DNA from: Curvularia clavata
Taxonomy: Eukaryota
Direction: 5' to 3'
Assembly (NCBI GenBank): GCA_023920165.1
Contig: CP089274.1
Span: 4,650,001-4,714,000 of the forward strand
Length of the DNA stretch: 64,000 nt
Shown piece by piece: positions 60,949 to 64,000 of the stretch; position 1 is the first letter of the stretch, and every line of letters starts with the position of its first letter. The position numbers and the translations under genes were made by a program. The notes beneath the pieces are model-generated. The model did not search any database and had not been told where the DNA came from. It was given only the letters and a program-made list of their open reading frames with translations.

Positions 60949-63050
60949 TCAGTCGTCATCAATAACAATAGCACCGTTGTTGTTGTCCTCTTGAATGACA
61001 ATGTGATCACCGTCTTGCTTCGATGACTCTTCCATGACTTTGCCCTTCTTGCGTATGAGCTCGTCGTTGAGACCAGCCTCAGTGGCGGTTCGCTTTATAG
61101 CGCCATTGGCACTTCCGTCTGCAGGATCCGAGGGGTCGCCGTTTGAAACAGTGCCGTTCACAGTTGCGTGTCCATTAGTCTCTGGAGCCGGTGCCTTAGG
61201 CTTTGTTGCAATCTTGACTTCCTCGGGTACACTCAGCGGCTTTTCAGCTTCGGCAAACTCATGATGGGTGATCGAAAAGACAACATCAACCTTGGTGTCC
61301 TCTTCTGAATCATCAGAGACTGTGACGAATGTATCGCCCTTAAGACCCAGTTCTTCAAAGGTCTTCTCAAGATGGATGTCCTCGTCAACATCATAGAGTA
61401 TATCAGCATCGCGCTTGACACTAAAATCCCCAGTGTAACCGAGCTTCTCCTTCACAATGTCGTCCACCAGATTGCTCAACTTTGCACGCTTTGTATCGGC
61501 GTCGAGCGTGACATAGCACACGCCGCAGGTCGCACAGTGGGGGTTCGGTGGCCGAAGTGGCTCGCTTGAGATGACGCGTTCTGTGCCACGGGTAAGAAAG
61601 ACCATCTTGGCTTTATCGAGCTGTTCGCGCATGACCTTGTAGGCCTGAAGAACGCAGAGACTGGCAGTCATAGCGTTAGTGGTTGCGATCGCGGGGATGA
61701 TGTTGCCGGCCATCTCTGCATTCTGTTAGCAAAAGTACAAATAGTCTGTATCGGGATCCCTACGTTTAATGTCAAACTTGGACCGCATTTCGATGCCAAA
61801 GATGTGTGACCGAAGGTTGGCGCTTGCAACAACAAAGTCGAGAGTGTCCACATCATCCTTATCGAAGCTGAGAATAGGCATTGCATTTCCAACCTCGGCA
61901 TTTGCGCGTGTCTCTTCCAGTCGATTGCTCAGCCGTTTTATGCTGTCCACAAAGACGGCAAAGTTCTCGGCGACATTCCAAACAACCTGGTCCTGTTGTG
62001 CGATGGCAGGGCCCACACCCAACGAGTCTTGCATCAGCTTGTCGTACTCCAGAATCTCAGGTGCCCTTCTGTTCTTCCACATGTCTTCCATGCTCCTTAG
62101 CCGCTCAATATCCTCCTTGAATACTTTGTCAAAGACCATCCGTGGGAAGTCTTGGGAGCCCATGGAGTCGCGTATGCGCTTCAACGCCTGTGCCTCTTTG
62201 CGCAGGTTTGCGACCTCATTCGCGTTGTCGGCGTCTTCACTGTGATCTAGCTCCGGAGCATCGTCTTCGGACGTGCCAAAAATCTCGGCGAACAGATACG
62301 ACTTTGCCCAGACTATGCAATGGATAGGCTGTGAGGGGGTGCTTCGGATGGTACAAACGGGGAAGGACTTGGGCGCATCTTTGGGGGTGCAGTCGTAGCA
62401 CTCGGTTTCGCCCTACGATTATCAATCAGTATGCGCAATTCTAAAACGCTTCGATCCCATGTTGCGTACCCGCTTGATGACCTGAACCTGGCCGTTGAAG
62501 CCGGTTGTGCCGCTCTCGATCAATGGCACGTTGGCCGCGAGGCACATCTTGTTGACATGCCGGCGCGCATCCAAGTTATCAAGCGCGTTGAAGACGAGGT
62601 GGAAGCTCTTGAACCACGCGACGTTGAATTGGCTATCCTTGATGTTGTCGTGGTATGCTATGATGTCAACATTGGGGTTGAACTTGGCAGCCGACTCTTT
62701 CGCAACCTGTCGGGTCGTCAGCGCATGCGCAGTCACCTTTGTTTTTATGCGATTGTTAGCATACCAGCGCCTTGGACTTCTTGATATGCTCGTTGCGGAA
62801 CAGGAATTGGCGGTTGAGGTTGCTCAGGTCGATGGTGTCCAAGTCCACGATATGGATCTCGCCGAAGCCAGTGAGAACCAGGTTCTTGAGGAGCTCGCAA
62901 CCGATACCGCCAGCTCCTACCATCAAGACGCGCGACTAGACGGGGTCAGCGACTGTGTGGTGTGCGACTGCGCGGGCTTATAGCTACCTCTTTGATGCGC
63001 TGATGGAGCGGGCCACCCAGGCTCTGGCGAGCAAACTTGTCGCGAGCCAT
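60949..63050 (-). CDS. UBA2: SUMO-activating enzyme E1 subunit Uba2; multi-exon
   Basis: [43 protein letters not shown], catalytic [28 protein letters not shown] and a C-terminal SIM-like IVIDDD. Confidence 0.95.
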
Positions 63051-63411
63051 TGCGAAGTCGGTTCAGGTTTGGTCGGATGAATAGGTGGAGGGTGGGTGGA
63101 GTTGTGGGCGAGGCTGCGACATGCGAACAAGGCTGTAGCGCCGGTCCCAGGTGAAGGTAAGAGGCTCAGAAGGGTGAGAGACGTCAGTGCTGCTACGTAG
63201 TGCCGCTCCACCGGGACCGCGCCGTCTCGTTCAGCCTCCGAAGCTTGGCGCTTAAACGAACGCCCTATGGGTGGAGCATGCGACTGGAGACGCAGGGACG
63301 CACATTCATCGCCGCTGGGCCCTCCTGCTGACGAGACGAAACGCATCCTTGTGGATTCATTTTCACCGCGTTCACCGGACCTGGGGCTACCGTCTTTTGT
63401 TTGCCCTCATC

Positions 63412-63978
63412 ATGTCCGACGACGACGTGGACCTGGAGCTGCTCGACCTCATGCGAAAGCATTGGGGAGGCGGTGCTAAAAACAACGGCCCACCAGAGAC
63501 AAACGTGCTTGAAAATGCTCAATTCATCTACGACAACAGCATGGATGTTGCTCTCGACATGCGGTCCACCAAAGTCGCTGCCCAGCTTGTGCTGGACGAG
63601 ATGGAGAAGCGCGAGTACTCAACAAAGTCATGGTCCGAGCATGAGTTGCACCCAAAATCAAAGGATGAGAGCACCGTCAATTTCATCTTTACCATGGATC
63701 TGCTGAACTTTAGTTTCTGGAGCGAAAAGAACGAGGAGGACCGGTTTGCTGTAGTATACCAAGGGAAGAGATGGACTGGCTATTGGAGCCTGGTAGCAAT
63801 ATTGCAAAGAGCGCTGGAGCAAGAGATTCCTATTACTAGCCCAGATTTCTGGGTTGACGAAGAGGCATGTTCAGACGAAGTGCTGCGCACCGTGTTCAGT
63901 TCTGGCACCGACGAGGAAATCCCCATGTTTGAGCAAAGGGTGCGATGTTTAAGAGAGGCCGGCAAAGTTCTACAGGAG
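63412..63978 (+). CDS. QNG1: Queuosine salvage protein (DUF2419/C9orf64), first exon; continues beyond the window
   Basis: WSEHELHP, FIFTMDLLNFSFW, GYWSLVAILQRAL, IPITSP and IPMFEQRVRCLREAGKVL; donor GTAAGT at 63979. Confidence 0.88.
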
Positions 63979-64000
63979 GTAAGTTTGTCCGTGTAGAAAC

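Overview
Gene-dense, intron-containing genomic DNA from a filamentous ascomycete (Pezizomycotina). A Dothideomycete/Pleosporales-like origin is my impression from gene style, not something the sequence proves. About 23 protein-coding genes can be supported: Sld3 (5'-truncated), a conserved hypothetical protein, a ~2,400-aa repetitive disordered protein, both CK2 beta subunits, two Zn2Cys6 transcription factors, the Gcn4/CpcA bZIP, a NADAR/YbiA-family ORF, ethanolamine kinase, SCAP, an Acl4-like TPR protein, Gir2-like RWD, a LYR protein, Mms2, Mon2, an ammonium permease, Tfb4, a Baeyer-Villiger-type monooxygenase, elongin C, a FabG-like SDR, Uba2 and the queuosine-salvage protein (3'-truncated). 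No tRNA, rRNA, CRISPR array or intact transposon was recognised. Best leads: (1) the cpcA 5' leader, with two uORFs and a completely open in-frame extension carrying near-cognate start codons; (2) a ~5 kb island after cpcA where an intact NADAR domain sits among apparently decayed coding fragments; (3) the giant disordered protein, which is studded with clathrin/adaptor-type motifs, Trp+polybasic repeats and PY motifs; (4) a long, strongly self-complementary first intron in CK2 beta-2; (5) a cluster of Gcn4-type sites downstream of cpcA. Exon boundaries and family assignments were read by eye and need confirmation.
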